Of a stretch of DNA of 64,000 nt, positions 22,180 through 35,194 are shown one piece after another. How positions within the stretch are numbered: position 1 is the stretch's first letter; every line of letters starts with the position of its first letter. Under the pieces are notes generated by a model, which saw nothing but the letters and a program-made list of their open reading frames with translations, was not told where the DNA came from and did not search any database. Source of the stretch: Geosiphon pyriformis uo1 (lineage: Eukaryota; Fungi; Glomeromycota). The DNA is taken from NCBI GenBank assembly GCA_016748015.1, contig JAAOMT010000772.1, positions 127,541 through 191,540 on the forward strand. Direction: 5' to 3'. The position numbers and the translations under genes were made by a program.

Positions 22180-24273
22180 ATGGCCGGAATCGACATCCAA
22201 TATGATGAGGAAAAAGTGATTCTTGACCCTTCCACCCTCAACCCACTTTCTCCAGAAGTAATTTCGAGACAAGCTACTATCAATATTGGTATATGGCTAT
22301 ATTACGGATGATCAGACCTTACTCGATAGAACTTTTCGGGGTAAACGCCACACTTAAGTATTTAATCGCTCAATTTCTCACTTGTCTTAGGTACTATCGG
22401 TCACGTAGCTCATGGTAAATCCACAGTTGTGAAAGCCATTTCTGGTGTTCAGGTGGCTTTTCATTCTCCCAATAATTCGATGATATAGAATCTTAGCCAA
22501 TTCCTAACACTATTAGCAATCAATACTAGACTGTTCGATTTAAAAATGAACTCGAGCGCAACATCACTATCAAGTTGGGATACGCAAATGCAAAAGTAAA
22601 TTTGTCTTTTTTTTTGAATTTGGATTCCTTTTCAGAATATTTGCTTTATGTAACAATAGGGTTTTTTATAATTTAGATCTACAAATGCGATAATGATGAT
22701 TGTCCAAGACCTGGATGTTACAAATCATATCGTAGCGACAAAGAAGATCATCCATTATGCGAGAGACCTGGATGCGGTGGTAGGATGAATTTAATCAGGT
22801 GGATGCTTAGCTTTATTCCAATTCGGTGTTCAGTATTGAGCAGAAAATGATTTATTGAGATTTTATTTTTTTGAATGACTCATTTTTTAGACATGTGTCT
22901 TTTGTTGATTGCCCAGGCCACGATATTCTTATGGCTACCATGTTGAATGGTGCAGCTGTGATGGATGCAGCACTTTTGCTTATTGCGGGCAATGAATCTT
23001 GTCCGCAACCTCAAACAAGTGAACATCTAGCGGCTATTGAAATAATGAAGTTGAAGCACATCATTATTCTTCAGAATAAAGTAGATTTAGTCAAAGAAAA
23101 TGCTTGTGAGGAACATTATGAAAGTATTTTGTCTTTTGTAAAAGGCAAGTGAACCACAGTTGAGGTTTGTTTTTATATATTAGCATTTGACTAGTCTAAT
23201 CTGAATCATTCTAATCGTAGGAACCGTTGCTGATGGCGCCCCAATCGTCCCGATTTCAGCGCAACTCAAATATAATATTGACGCTATAAATGAATACATC
23301 GTCAAAAAAATTCCAATCCCAATCCGAGACTTTACCTCCGATCCGCGGCTAATCGTAATCCGTTCATTTGACGTTAATAAGCCAGGTGCAGAGGTTGATG
23401 AACTGAAAGGAGGTGTCGCAGGAGGCTCAATTTTGAGAGGTGTTCTCAAGGTAATTCATAATTTACTAAAAATCAACTATTTCTAAGGTTTTCATTCATC
23501 CCCTTGTCATTTAATGCCCTCAGATTGGTGACGAAATAGAAGTTCGTCCTGGTATACTCACAAAAGACAACGAGGGGCAGATTCATTGTCGGCCAATTTT
23601 TTCTCGAATTGTCTCATTGTTTGCTGAACATAATGACTTGAAATTCGCAGTTCCAGGGGGTTTAATTGGTAAATGGTCACTTTCAAAAGCCGATCATTCC
23701 AACACGCTGTAATTTTTAAAATATCGATTTTATAGGTGTGGGAACAAGAATTGATCCTACGCTTTGTCGTGCCGATCGTCTTGTCGGACAAGTTCTTGGG
23801 TTCGTTGGAAAACTTCCAAAGATTTATACTGAATTAGAAATTAATTATTTCTTACTACGAAGACTACTTGGCGTAAAAACAGACGATAAAAAACAAACCA
23901 AAGTATTTACACCTTTTCATGGCCTCCTTGATAATTTTACGTCGAATTTAAATTCACTTATGTTTAGGTATCAAAACTTGCCAAACATGAAGTACTCATG
24001 GTGAATATTGGCTCCACATCAACTGGAGGTCGAGTGATCTCAGTTAAAGCTGACTTAGCAAAGATTGTCTTAACGAGTCCCGCTTGTACGGAAATCGATG
24101 AGAAGATTGCCTTGTCTCGACGTATTGATAAGCATTGGCGGTCAGTGAGATAAATATTGATAACCGAGTCATTCAAGGATTTGCTCTCATTATATAAAAT
24201 CTAAATTTTTGACAGATTAATCGGCTGGGGAAAAATAAAAAGAGGTGTCGATATCGAGCCTGATGCTCCCTGA
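22180..24273 (+). CDS. GCD11: Translation initiation factor eIF2 gamma subunit, ~461 aa; exons 22180-22288, 22391-22452, 22530-22595, 22677-22798, 22891-23144, 23221-23450, 23524-23668, 23736-23902, 23968-24140, 24216-24273
   Basis: Motifs: [56 protein letters not shown] and KHWRLIGWG. The ten exons sum to 1386 nt in frame. Confidence 0.97.
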
Positions 24274-26499
24274 AATGGCAAGGCGATGGAATTTGCATAT
24301 AAAAACATCCTTTTCCTTAATTAATGCTTTGCTTGAGCAAACCTTTGGCCGCAGCCAAATATTTATAACGACGACAGTTGTGGAATTTGAAAATAAATTC
24401 CGACTATTTGCCATATCAAAAATTTCCTTAAATATTGCAATAGATTTTTTAGCTTAAAGGATGCGACATCAAATAACGTTTTACCAGAGTTGATGCCCAT
24501 TTGCATGGCAAACTGGTAATTGATAGTATTTATAACGCTACTCAATGAATGTCCGCTTCAGTCTCGCATTTATTATATGCAAGGTTGTATATAAAAACGA
24601 GTCTATTGATCAACTTAACAATTCATGCAATGCTGGAAAAACTTTAATGGTAGAATTGTTATTGATTTGTTTGACTTCTTTTGGAGTCCATTTCTCAAGA
24701 TTTTGCCTGATGTTGAAACAATCCTGTCGGGTTAGATTTGGCGTATGTCAAACCATTATGTAAATTTTATATTTTTTGCGTCGATAATTCATTGTAAAAA
24801 TAATAATAGATGGAGATTTTGTTTATTTGTTTTAAATTTATAAAATGTGAATGAAAAATAATTGGTTTTACAAAAATACAAGAATTTTATTTAGTGATTA
24901 TATATTGAAACTTTATTTAAAATAAAAATTTGATTTTTGTGAATTAAATTAAGTTTTTAAATTTTATCTTTATTAAATAATAAATAATTTTTTATTGCTT
25001 TATTGAGTGTAATCAACCACTATCTACTTACATAAAACATTTCATAAATGCTTTTTACACGTAATTAGCCACCAGATTGTTGTTTAAACTTTTTAATTGT
25101 ATTGTTAATGTTATTTTAATAATTTAGTTTTATTTTATAATGTAATATATTTTTTAAATCATGTCAAAATTTGTTTCATTTTCGAAATAATTTGATTAAT
25201 ATTCAAATCAAGCAATTGCTATTTGGTTTTAGCTGTAAAAAATCTTAAAGTATAATATATTAAGTCTTGAAAGGTTGTTTAAAACTAATTTAAGACTATT
25301 TGTTTAATAATTTTTTATTCTGTTTGTTTTTTTTAAAACACAAAATCTAATAATTATCTTTTGGTTTTATAAATTTAAAAAGTTAATGTTTTTTTGATTA
25401 ATAATAATAATACTTATTCTGAATTCAGTATTTTAAGTTAATTAATATATTAATAATTAGTAATTAAGCAATTGCAAAGTTGATTAATTTTTAATATAGT
25501 AAATAAAACATTTGTTTTTGAATTGATTTTTTTAAGTTAAAAAAAATTGGTTTTTTAAATAAGATTTTTATTTTAAGTATAAAAAATATTATTATGTTAA
25601 ATATTTATTACAGGATATATTTCTTAAAAAAAAACTTTTTTTTTATACAACTTTTTATTACATTATTTATGTTTTTGACTTTTTGTTTTTACTAAAATAT
25701 TTACTAATTTCTGTAAATAAATATAAATTTTAATAAACTATTTATTATTTTAAAAAACTTTAATTTCAATTTAAACTAATTGAACTTTGTTTAAATTACT
25801 TAAAAGCCATCTAAAATTTATGAATTTTAGCTTAAATTGTTTGAACTGCTTAAAATTGTTTTTGTATTCAAAGTTTAAATTTTGTATGTTTTAATTATAA
25901 TATTTTGTTATACTTGTAAATTAAAAGTAATTGTTTTGTGCTAATTTAATATAAAGATTAAAATATTACAATAATAATAATTATTTGTAATAATTATAAA
26001 AACGGAAATCTGTAAATAATTTATAATATTGAAATTTTTTAAATTTTTTTAAAAAAATTGTTTAATAATAATATTATTATTATTATAAATAATTTAAACT
26101 AATTGTAAATTTTTAAAAAATAATTTTAACACATAATATTAAAAAATTTATTGTTAATAATTAAACAATTTAATATAAAAAATTGGCTTTTTTTTAAAAA
26201 TAAAAAAATTACTTTAATTAAAATTAAATACAAAATATCTTAACAAATATTTCAAAAAATTTTAATAATACTTTTTTTTAGAAAATATTATTAATTATAA
26301 TAATAATATTTATTTTAATATTTAGTGTTTTTGCTAAAATTAAAATAATCTATATTAAAATATGTTTTAATTATTACAAATAATATTAAGTTTTTGGTAT
26401 AAAATTTGTATTTTAAAATTATTATTATTTAATATAATATAAAAAAAAGGTGTTTTAAAATAAATATAATTTATGTATTTTTATATACAATCAAATTTA

Positions 26500-27800
26500 A
26501 GTTTAATTAACTAAATTATATAAATTTAACAAAAAAATTTATCTTAAAAATTTTTATATATATGTAAATAACTAATGTAATATTATTTCTAATTATATTA
26601 TTTATTTATTTAATAGTTTTATTAATGTTTAATTTAATATTTAAAGTTTACTATTTTCAAAAATTATTTATTAAACAAATATATTTTTATTAATAATATA
26701 ATTTAAATTATACATATTTATTTTTTTGATTATATATTTTGACTTAAAATTTACTATTTGCTTAACCAAATTATTTATTATTTTATTTAAAAACTTAAAA
26801 ATAATCTTAATTAAAACCAATTTATTTTTAATAATTATATTTATTACCAAAAAACAAATAACAAAAAAATAGTTAAGATAATTAAAAAACCAATAAATTT
26901 AATAATTAATTTTATTAAAAAAAACAAATTTATTAATTATATTTTTAAAAAACAAATCAAATATTTACAATATAACTAAAAACATAAAATTAAAATATTA
27001 AAAAAAATAACAATTTTAGCATAAAACATTAAATTAATAAAATAAATAACAAATATTTTAAAAATTATTAAAAATTTAAAAACAAATTTTAATAATAATT
27101 AATAAAATACTTAATAATTAAAAGCCAAATATTTTAAATTTTAATAATAATCAATTTTAAACTAAAAAATAACAATTATATATCTTAAATATTATTTAAA
27201 TTTAATAATATAAAAAATAAAACAAGTCTAATTATTTACTTCAAAAATCAGTAAATTAATTATAAAAATCATATAATCAAAAATAAAATTATTTGATTTG
27301 ATTTTTAAAAGTATTATTTAAAATAATAATTTTTTTAATAAGCAAATAATTATAATAGTATTATAAAACTTAAATCAAATAATAATATATTATTAAATAT
27401 TAAACTTTAATTAATATTAAAAATTTCATTAAAAACACTGAAAATATTTTAATTTTATTAATTAAAATATTTTTAAAAACATTTTACAAAATAATAACAA
27501 TAAAAAAAATATAAAGTCAGAAATTATCAAATATTTAACAATTTTTAAAATAAAAAAATAAATAAAATTAGCAAACTTAATTTTAATAACAATATTTAAA
27601 GAAACTTAAAATAGAAATTTCATACAAAAAATTTTAATATTGTTTTTAAAAACTAATTTTACCCTAAAAAATTCATATAAAACGAAAATACAAATTTAAT
27701 ATAAGTTATTTTAATCTTTACAAAAACATTAAATACTAAAATAAAAACTATTTAAATAATTTAACAAGTTAATTAATTAAAATTACATTTAAAAATATAA
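26500..27800 (-). mobile_element. Extremely eroded ORF1-only/LINE-ORF1 copy
   Basis: 27612-27750 aligns with 30255-30395 and 43940-44075 (catacaaaaa...attgtttt...). A possible 3'-tail motif (tatgtaaataacta) lies near 26560. Boundaries are approximate. Confidence 0.5.
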
Positions 27801-27892
27801 TTTATTTTGCTTTTAAAATTAATAATAATTAATTAAAATTTAATATATTAAGTAATTTAATTATGTATTAATTAAAATAGCTTTAATAAACA

Positions 27893-27923
<31 letters not shown>
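27893..27923. repeat. (TAT)n microsatellite
   Basis: About ten perfect trinucleotide units. Confidence 0.8.
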
Positions 27924-27925
<2 letters not shown>

Positions 27926-28857
27926 AAAAAAACTATTGTTTATAATTAAATTTAAATTAAGTATTATAATTATTATAATTATTATAAAACTAATATAAAT
28001 ATCAAAAAAACCAAGTAAAATTAGTATTTTATTTTTATAAGAAATAAACCAACTTTTAAAATAACTTTTTTTGGTATTTTAAAAAAATTGCTTTTTAGTT
28101 TTTTTGACTTTTTTGGTTATTTAAACAAATATAAAAAAATAATAAAAAGAATAATTAATTTGTTATTAAAATTTTTAAAATTTTTTATAATAATAGTAAT
28201 TACACTAAGATTAATTTTAATTAATTGCTTAAAAAAACTTAAAATAAAAAAAAACTTCTATTTAAAACCAAAAATAGTGTTTTAATAATATTTAAAAACT
28301 ACTTTAAATTTATATTATTTAAGAAAAACACTTTAAAAAAACATTATCTGATTGTTTTTACTTTAAAACTAATATAAATAATAGTTTTAAATATAATTAT
28401 ATAAATAAATAAAAAAATTTGAATTTTGAATATTATTATTAAAAAATTATTATAAAAAACAAAAACAAAAACAAATATTATTACAGATTAACAAATTTAT
28501 TTAATTATTTTTTTAATAATATTATAATATTTTTAAAGTATTTATTAAAATTATTAATTTTAAAATTTGTTAATTTATATTAATATATTATTGTATATTT
28601 AAAGTTTTTAAATTTGCTAAAACTGTTTTTATTTAATAATTAATATTAATAAAAAAAACAATATTAAAATTTTTTTAAAATTTAAAAAAGTTATTACTTT
28701 TAAAATTAAATTAATTTTTTTTGGTTATACAGTTTTTAAAATTGGAAATATAATTATTTAAATACATTATTAAATTATAATTATTATTAAAAATATATTA
28801 TTATTATTATTTTAAGGTTTAAAAAACTGTTATCTTTATAATTATTGATATTTAAAA

Positions 28858-31125
28858 TTTTTTTTTTATTATGAATTTAATGAGTATAGCCCAACTACCA
28901 TCTAGAAATTAGGACCAAACTAAGTAATCCAGGACTAAATATGGTTCATGCACTTACTACATATAACTAATTACTCAAGCCAATTCAGGCTAGACTATAT
29001 TGATACATCAGAAGAAAACTTACCCAAAGAAGACATATTTTAAACAATCTCAAATAATATGGCACTATTATTAATTAAACCAATCAACCACTCAGCTGTT
29101 TTAAAGACATCAGCTTTTACAGCAGCAAATTTATGTTCCCAAAGAGACATTAAATTAAAAAACATATTATTATTAAAAGATAACAAACTCACATGAAAGC
29201 CAAACATATTAATGTTCTTAAAATCACACTCAGCTTTCAGAGTGATCACTTTTTGCTCCAACTTACCAACAGTTCTGCTAAAAATACTTATGTGAATTAA
29301 AACTTTGTTGACTCTAAGGCCAAAAGCAGAACTTGAAACCAGATTACTATTAACAAATTGTTCAAAAACTTTAATCATAGAGCCAACAGACTTAATAATA
29401 AATTTAACCAAAACAGAAAGCTTGGCCAAATCAGATTCCAGAGATGTCAGCCAAAAAAACACCAAAGAATTTTCAACAGCCACAAAAGAAACAAAAGCCA
29501 CCAAAAGAGGAAACTCAGAAAGAACAGAGGGAACAGATGCCTTTATATAAGACAAAAAACTAACAAAATGCAGTTTAAACACCTTGAAAGCCTTAGAAGA
29601 GAGAAATAAAGCAACCTTGCAGTCCACAGCCAAGTGGTCTATCTCTTAATACCAAAAACAATACCAGCAACTAGGAGTTTCTCACCAGATATGGCATTTT
29701 TTTAGTGTACCAGTTTTTAGTATTGTAACATCTAAATTAATCTGAGAACCAAATGTAACCAGAGCAAACCAAGAATAATGACCAAACTCAGAAAAATGGG
29801 AAATAAAACATGTCTAATCACCAACCTGAGAAATCATATTACTGATTTCAAAAGCAGTACAGCCAAAAAGAAGATTAACTAACTTGGCCTTAAATCTATC
29901 ATAAAACACAATTGTTTCCTGTTGATTCACAAGAAAAAAGATTTGAACACTATCTTTGCTCACCAAAACTGACCAGTAATTGAGAGCAAATGTGATAGCA
30001 TTCAAATTCTTAAAGTAAACAATAACATATTGCCAAATACCAGTAGGTCTTGACTAAATGTAAAAAATTTCACCAAAACATCAAGAGCTGTTTTAATATT
30101 AGCAACAGATATACTCAAAGACACATTGCACAATGCAATAGCAACAGAAGAGAAGCCAGACTTAGGAATCACTAAAGACTTGGCAATTTTAAGAGTAATA
30201 AGGCAAACAAAGCTTGTAAACTCAACCAAAAATGCAGCATTCAAAGAGTTTTGGAAAGCAAACTCCATACAGAAAAGCTTCACATTGTCTTTTAAAACAG
30301 ATTTTGCACCCAAAAAACCATGCACAAACTGGAAAACAGTTTTAACATAAGCCAGTTTAATCTTGAAAATAGCACTAGGCATTAAAGTAAAGATCACCTA
30401 CTTAGTAAATCTTTAATAACTAGTAATAGTTTTCCAAACACCACCAGAAATAGTACCAGAAACCAGAGAAGAAGATGATTTAGTATTTATTAGGTCAACC
30501 CAGTTCTCAAAAACAGATAACATTACAGGAGATGATTGTTTTGCTTTTAAAACTGATGATAATCTGTTGGAAGACATCATATTTAGCAATACAACCAATA
30601 GTTGATTTTGGTCTATCTTGGATGATATGCTGGATGATACAACAGAAATTTTATTTGAAATCACAAAAGGATTCAGTGTAATAATAGCAGAAACAAGCAA
30701 CTGCTCACACTTTTCTGAACTTTTGGTCTTTTTGACCATTTTTTTTAAAGAGGAAATACTAAAAGTACCAAATATTAAAGCTATGAAGAGAAATACCAGC
30801 TTGTTAATTGGTCTATTATTAAATACTTTTGGGCTCTTAGTAGGAGTAGAGACAATACTGGGACTAATTCAAGTGTGTTTCTTTGAAAGAACTTTGACCA
30901 GTAAAAAACCAGCCAAAAATGGAAAAGTTGCTTTAGTAACTATTAAAGGCAGTTTTTCATGATTACTAGGTAAAGAAAATGCTTAAAACGTTCTGCTTGG
31001 TTGTTTTTACAACAGAAAGAGCTTCTTTAGTTGAAATTTTATTAAATATCTCAGGAAAAATATCAAGTGCAGCTTTTTTACTTTTTGCTCTAGTCGTGAT
31101 CATAAAATTAAGAAAATAAAGAGAC
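28858..31125 (-). mobile_element. Non-autonomous ORF1-only non-LTR retroelement (half-LINE), best-preserved copy
   Basis: A single degraded ORF (~31100-29000) carries a CCHC remnant (CFWY*EIDHLAVDC) and a coiled coil (LTSLESDLAKLSVLV) like the LINE ORF1. It is followed by ~120 bp of 3' UTR shared with the LINE, then AATAAA and a 10-nt poly(A) (T-run 28858-28867). Confidence 0.85.
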
Positions 31126-31976
31126 TTTTTTTAAAATTTAACATACTTTAAATGTGAATGTTTTTAAAAAAAATTACATGTAATAAATATTATGTATTAA
31201 AATTTAAATTATTGGTTTTAATATTTAAAATTATTATAAACTGTTTTGTTAATTCTGTTTTTATGTATAAAGATTATAAAAAACCAAAATAATATTAATT
31301 TGTGTATTTTAGATAATAATAATTTTATAAAAGTTATTAAATTTTAAGATTAAAAAATAAGGGTTTAAATTTTTTCTTTGTAAAATAAATATATTTAAGC
31401 TGTTTTTAGTTTTTTAATTAACATAATATAATTTTAATATAAGTTTAAGTATTTAATTATGTGTTAAAACCATATAATTTATGTTCATAGCATGCTGTTT
31501 AAATAGTTAAAATAGATAAAAAAAAAACTTCACTTTGTTAAAGCATAATAAAAAAAACCTAATTTGAAAAATAAAATAATTTTTATATTTTTTTGATAAA
31601 TAATATTATTTTTAAAAGAATATTTTATATTTTAATTTTTGATAAAATAATAATTTTCCTCCAATTTATTAAACCAGATTTTATAATTAAAAAGCTTGTT
31701 ATTTCTTAGAATTTTACTTTGAGAGAAATTTCGGAACACATTCATGATAAACTACACTTTAATATTAAAACAAATGGTTCAATGCCATGATATTTACTTA
31801 AACATACCTATTAGGAGAGTGGCATAAATTACGTAGTATTATCTTATTAGAACATCAAATTTCACTTCAAACTGAGTCTTTAGATTCAAGCTCAGTTCTC
31901 ACAAGAAATAACTAACCAATTTTCTTGACTTTTCTTTACTCATCTAGTATTGCTATTTTTTCTAGTGCTCGAGTTC

Positions 31977-33584
31977 ATGGCGCGTGGAAGGGCAAAGAAA
32001 ATCAACCCGGTTCCCGGATCAACGCGTGTTACGCGCTCGTTACGAAAAAGAAAAGACGAAGAAGAGAAGATAACTGATGCGACAACTTTCGACGCGTCGG
32101 GCGATGTTATAATGTCTAAAGAGTCATCCACAGTTAGTGTTGGGGACAGCGCCTCCTTAATGTCACTTGATCCAGATGAAGACGATGTTCTCGAAAATTT
32201 TGAAAAAGTAATGGAAAAACCTCAAAAGAAGCCCTCCAAAAGGGTAAAAGTTTCCAACTCTATAAAATCAGAAGAAATCAAAGTTGCCACCTTCTCTTCA
32301 CCCAAAAAGGGGAAAAACGCTGCCTTCCCAACGACTGTTCTTGCCAAAGCGACCAATAAGCCTGCAAAACAGGCTAAAAGAAAACCCAAACACAGACAGG
32401 TTGAATATCTTATTACAAATCCGGAGTCCATGCTTGTCTGGGCTGAGTTAAAGGTATATAATTTTGCTATGAACAAGGGGGATTTCTTTTAAATCATAAT
32501 CATTTTTTATTATTTATCGATTTGGTTTTTTTTTGACAGAGCTTTATAAACATGGAACGTTTCAAGAGCATTACAGAAGAACAACAAGAAAGGCTGCTTG
32601 CTCTAGTTCCGAATGTTGATCGAGTACCGAAAATATACGATCAAATTAAAGGAGAACAAGCAGATAATGCCCCACAAAGCTATGATAACAAGGTTAATTT
32701 TCAAGAACCAGAACCTACTACTTCACAGCTCAACACTAATCAAAAAAATATTGAAGATGTACCCAATAATACAAGAAATATCAAAACTGAGTCTTCGCAG
32801 CTTAAGTCTAATCAAACTCTTAGAGACATTTTTTTCCACAATATTCATTACCGGGAATGTGTATCGGATTTTCAGGATAAATTAAAGGCTGGTCACTATG
32901 ATCCAAAATGGATTAAAAAAAATCGAGCAGAACAAGAAAGATTACGAAAAACTATCAACGAAGAGTGGAAAGTTAGTGATTTAGTAATTTTGATATCTGG
33001 TTTCCTTCAATGAATCAATTTCCAATATGAGAAAAAAACAAAACGATTAAATTGGTAGGATGTACGTTTTGAAAGGCAATGGGGCCACAATATTGCTGCT
33101 GCTTCACCTTCCCGCGCCGGTGAATCAGCAAATATTAGCCTTCAAGAGTTATGTCAATCTGAAATTATTCGAATTGGTGACGAACTCCATTACAGGCGCA
33201 ATTTCAGATCAAATAATGTCACAGTTGATGGTGTTGTACAGGTAACTAAAGTTATACTTGATTAATAATAGGTAAATCAGATGAATAGTGATTCTGATCT
33301 TTTTATTTTTATACTTAAAGGTGACAAAAATTGACTCTGATGGAACGATGCATGTTAATGGAAATTTACATGGCTCTAAGAAAAAAATGAAAGGCGAAAT
33401 CACGTGGAAAATCACAAAGCTATCGAGTCTCGAGACCAAAGTTCTTGATGATGATGGCCAAATTCCTAAAAATAGACGTCCTAATGGTAATGCCAACAAA
33501 AGCTTCAGAGTCCACCGAAATGGAAACGACCTTGGCTCGATATTTGCTCTTAGATCAGAATATTACAATAAGTTAAACGAATGA
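31977..33584 (+). CDS. DEUBAD/ASX-homology domain protein with candidate RAMA-like C-terminal domain, ~451 aa; exons 31977-32453, 32540-32971, 33059-33241, 33321-33584
   Basis: GT-AG introns give an open 1356-nt CDS. DEUBAD pattern: LITNPESML..ELKSFIN...EEQQERLLALVPNVD...FFHNIHYRECVSDFQDKLKAGHYDP. Basic, disordered N-terminus. The RAMA call is inference only. Confidence 0.82.
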
Positions 33585-35194
33585 AGTTTACCCTCTATCG
33601 TATTTTAAAGCTATCTCTCTTAAAAATCCGTATCCATTTGATTAAAAAATCAGAAAATATAAACTTTACATATAATATAAGGAGTTTACTTAATCCAAAA
33701 AGTTCACCAGTATTAGGTATTCCTTGGCTTTTGGTACCCATATCTTTAAAATTTCTAATATTTTGTTCGTATTTCCCATTTCCATATTTGTATATTTCAT
33801 TTCCAAATCTTGTTTATTTTTAAGTTCATAACTTTAGTGAAAAATCAAGTCTCCGAAATTTGCATACAAATTATTTATTGTATTTAAAATAATACATAAT
33901 AAATTTATTATTATTATTAAAATCATAATTTGTTTCTATCTTAATTTATTTTAAATATTAAAAAAACACTTTTACATATGACTAGTTATTTAGACTTATA
34001 TTAAAACAAGTTAAATTCCACATATAAGTTTTTGATAATAACACATATAATTATTTAATAATTCTGTAAAATTAGATTAACTTTGAAATTAAATTTAATA
34101 AAAAATTTAATTAAGTAAGTTTGTTAAAAATAATATAATCTTAAATTATTTTATAAGTGAAAAAGGTAAAAAATTTCTAAATATTAACTTTATTATAAGT
34201 ATTAAAATTTAATTTAATTAAAAATTTTATTTATTGTTCAAAATTGTTACAATTGTTTTATTAATTTAATTTCTTATATTTAAGTTACTATTTAATTTTT
34301 GTGCTTTTAATTTTTAATCTGTTTAATAAAATTAGTAGAATTTATTAATTTTTTAATAATACAAATTATTTTTTATTAACTAAGAAAAACAAATTTAACA
34401 CAAAATTTAAAACCCAGTTTTTATTTTTAAAAAATTCAGATTAACAGTTTTGGTAAATTGGTTAAAAAATTTTCCAAATTAAAAAAATATAATACATATT
34501 TTTTAAATAATAATAATAATAAAATTGTTATTTTTAAACTTAAATTTATTAATTAATAATAATATATTGTTATTTATTTTAAAAGTTTTGTTTTTGTTAA
34601 TTTTAATTAATTAATTTTTATAAAAAAATAATATTAAAATTAAAAAAACAATTGTTTTAAAAAATGTTTTTAAAACCAAATTAATTAATTTTTTGATTAT
34701 TTAAATTTAAAAAAAATATGATTTTGATTTTGAAAAATTTAATATTATTAAAAAATATATTATAAAAATTAATATAAAAATCAATAAATAAAACCAAAAA
34801 TTTAATATTATAAAAATTTAATTAACTTAATCTTAAAAACAATATTTAAAAAATCTTAATATTAATAAATTACATAATAATTAAAATATAATTTTATAAA
34901 TTATTTTAATTTTAAAAATAATACATAACACTAAAATAAAAGCTATTTGCTTAATAATCAATAATAATATTTAAATATATTAATATTAATAATATTTTTA
35001 AAAAAATTACTTTGATTTTTATGTTATTAATTTAATTTTGATTTTTTTTATAATTTAATAATAAATTAATCTTATATAACTATATTATTATTATATATTA
35101 AAAGTTTTAGTTTTTTAAGTTAATTATTATTATAATTTAATTAAAAAAATACATATTAGAATATAATCTGTTTTGTTTTTATAATAAAAAATAA

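Noticed and set aside
24217-24763. Short ORFs downstream of eIF2-gamma
   Set aside because: No recognisable motifs or splice structure; likely 3' UTR or flank.
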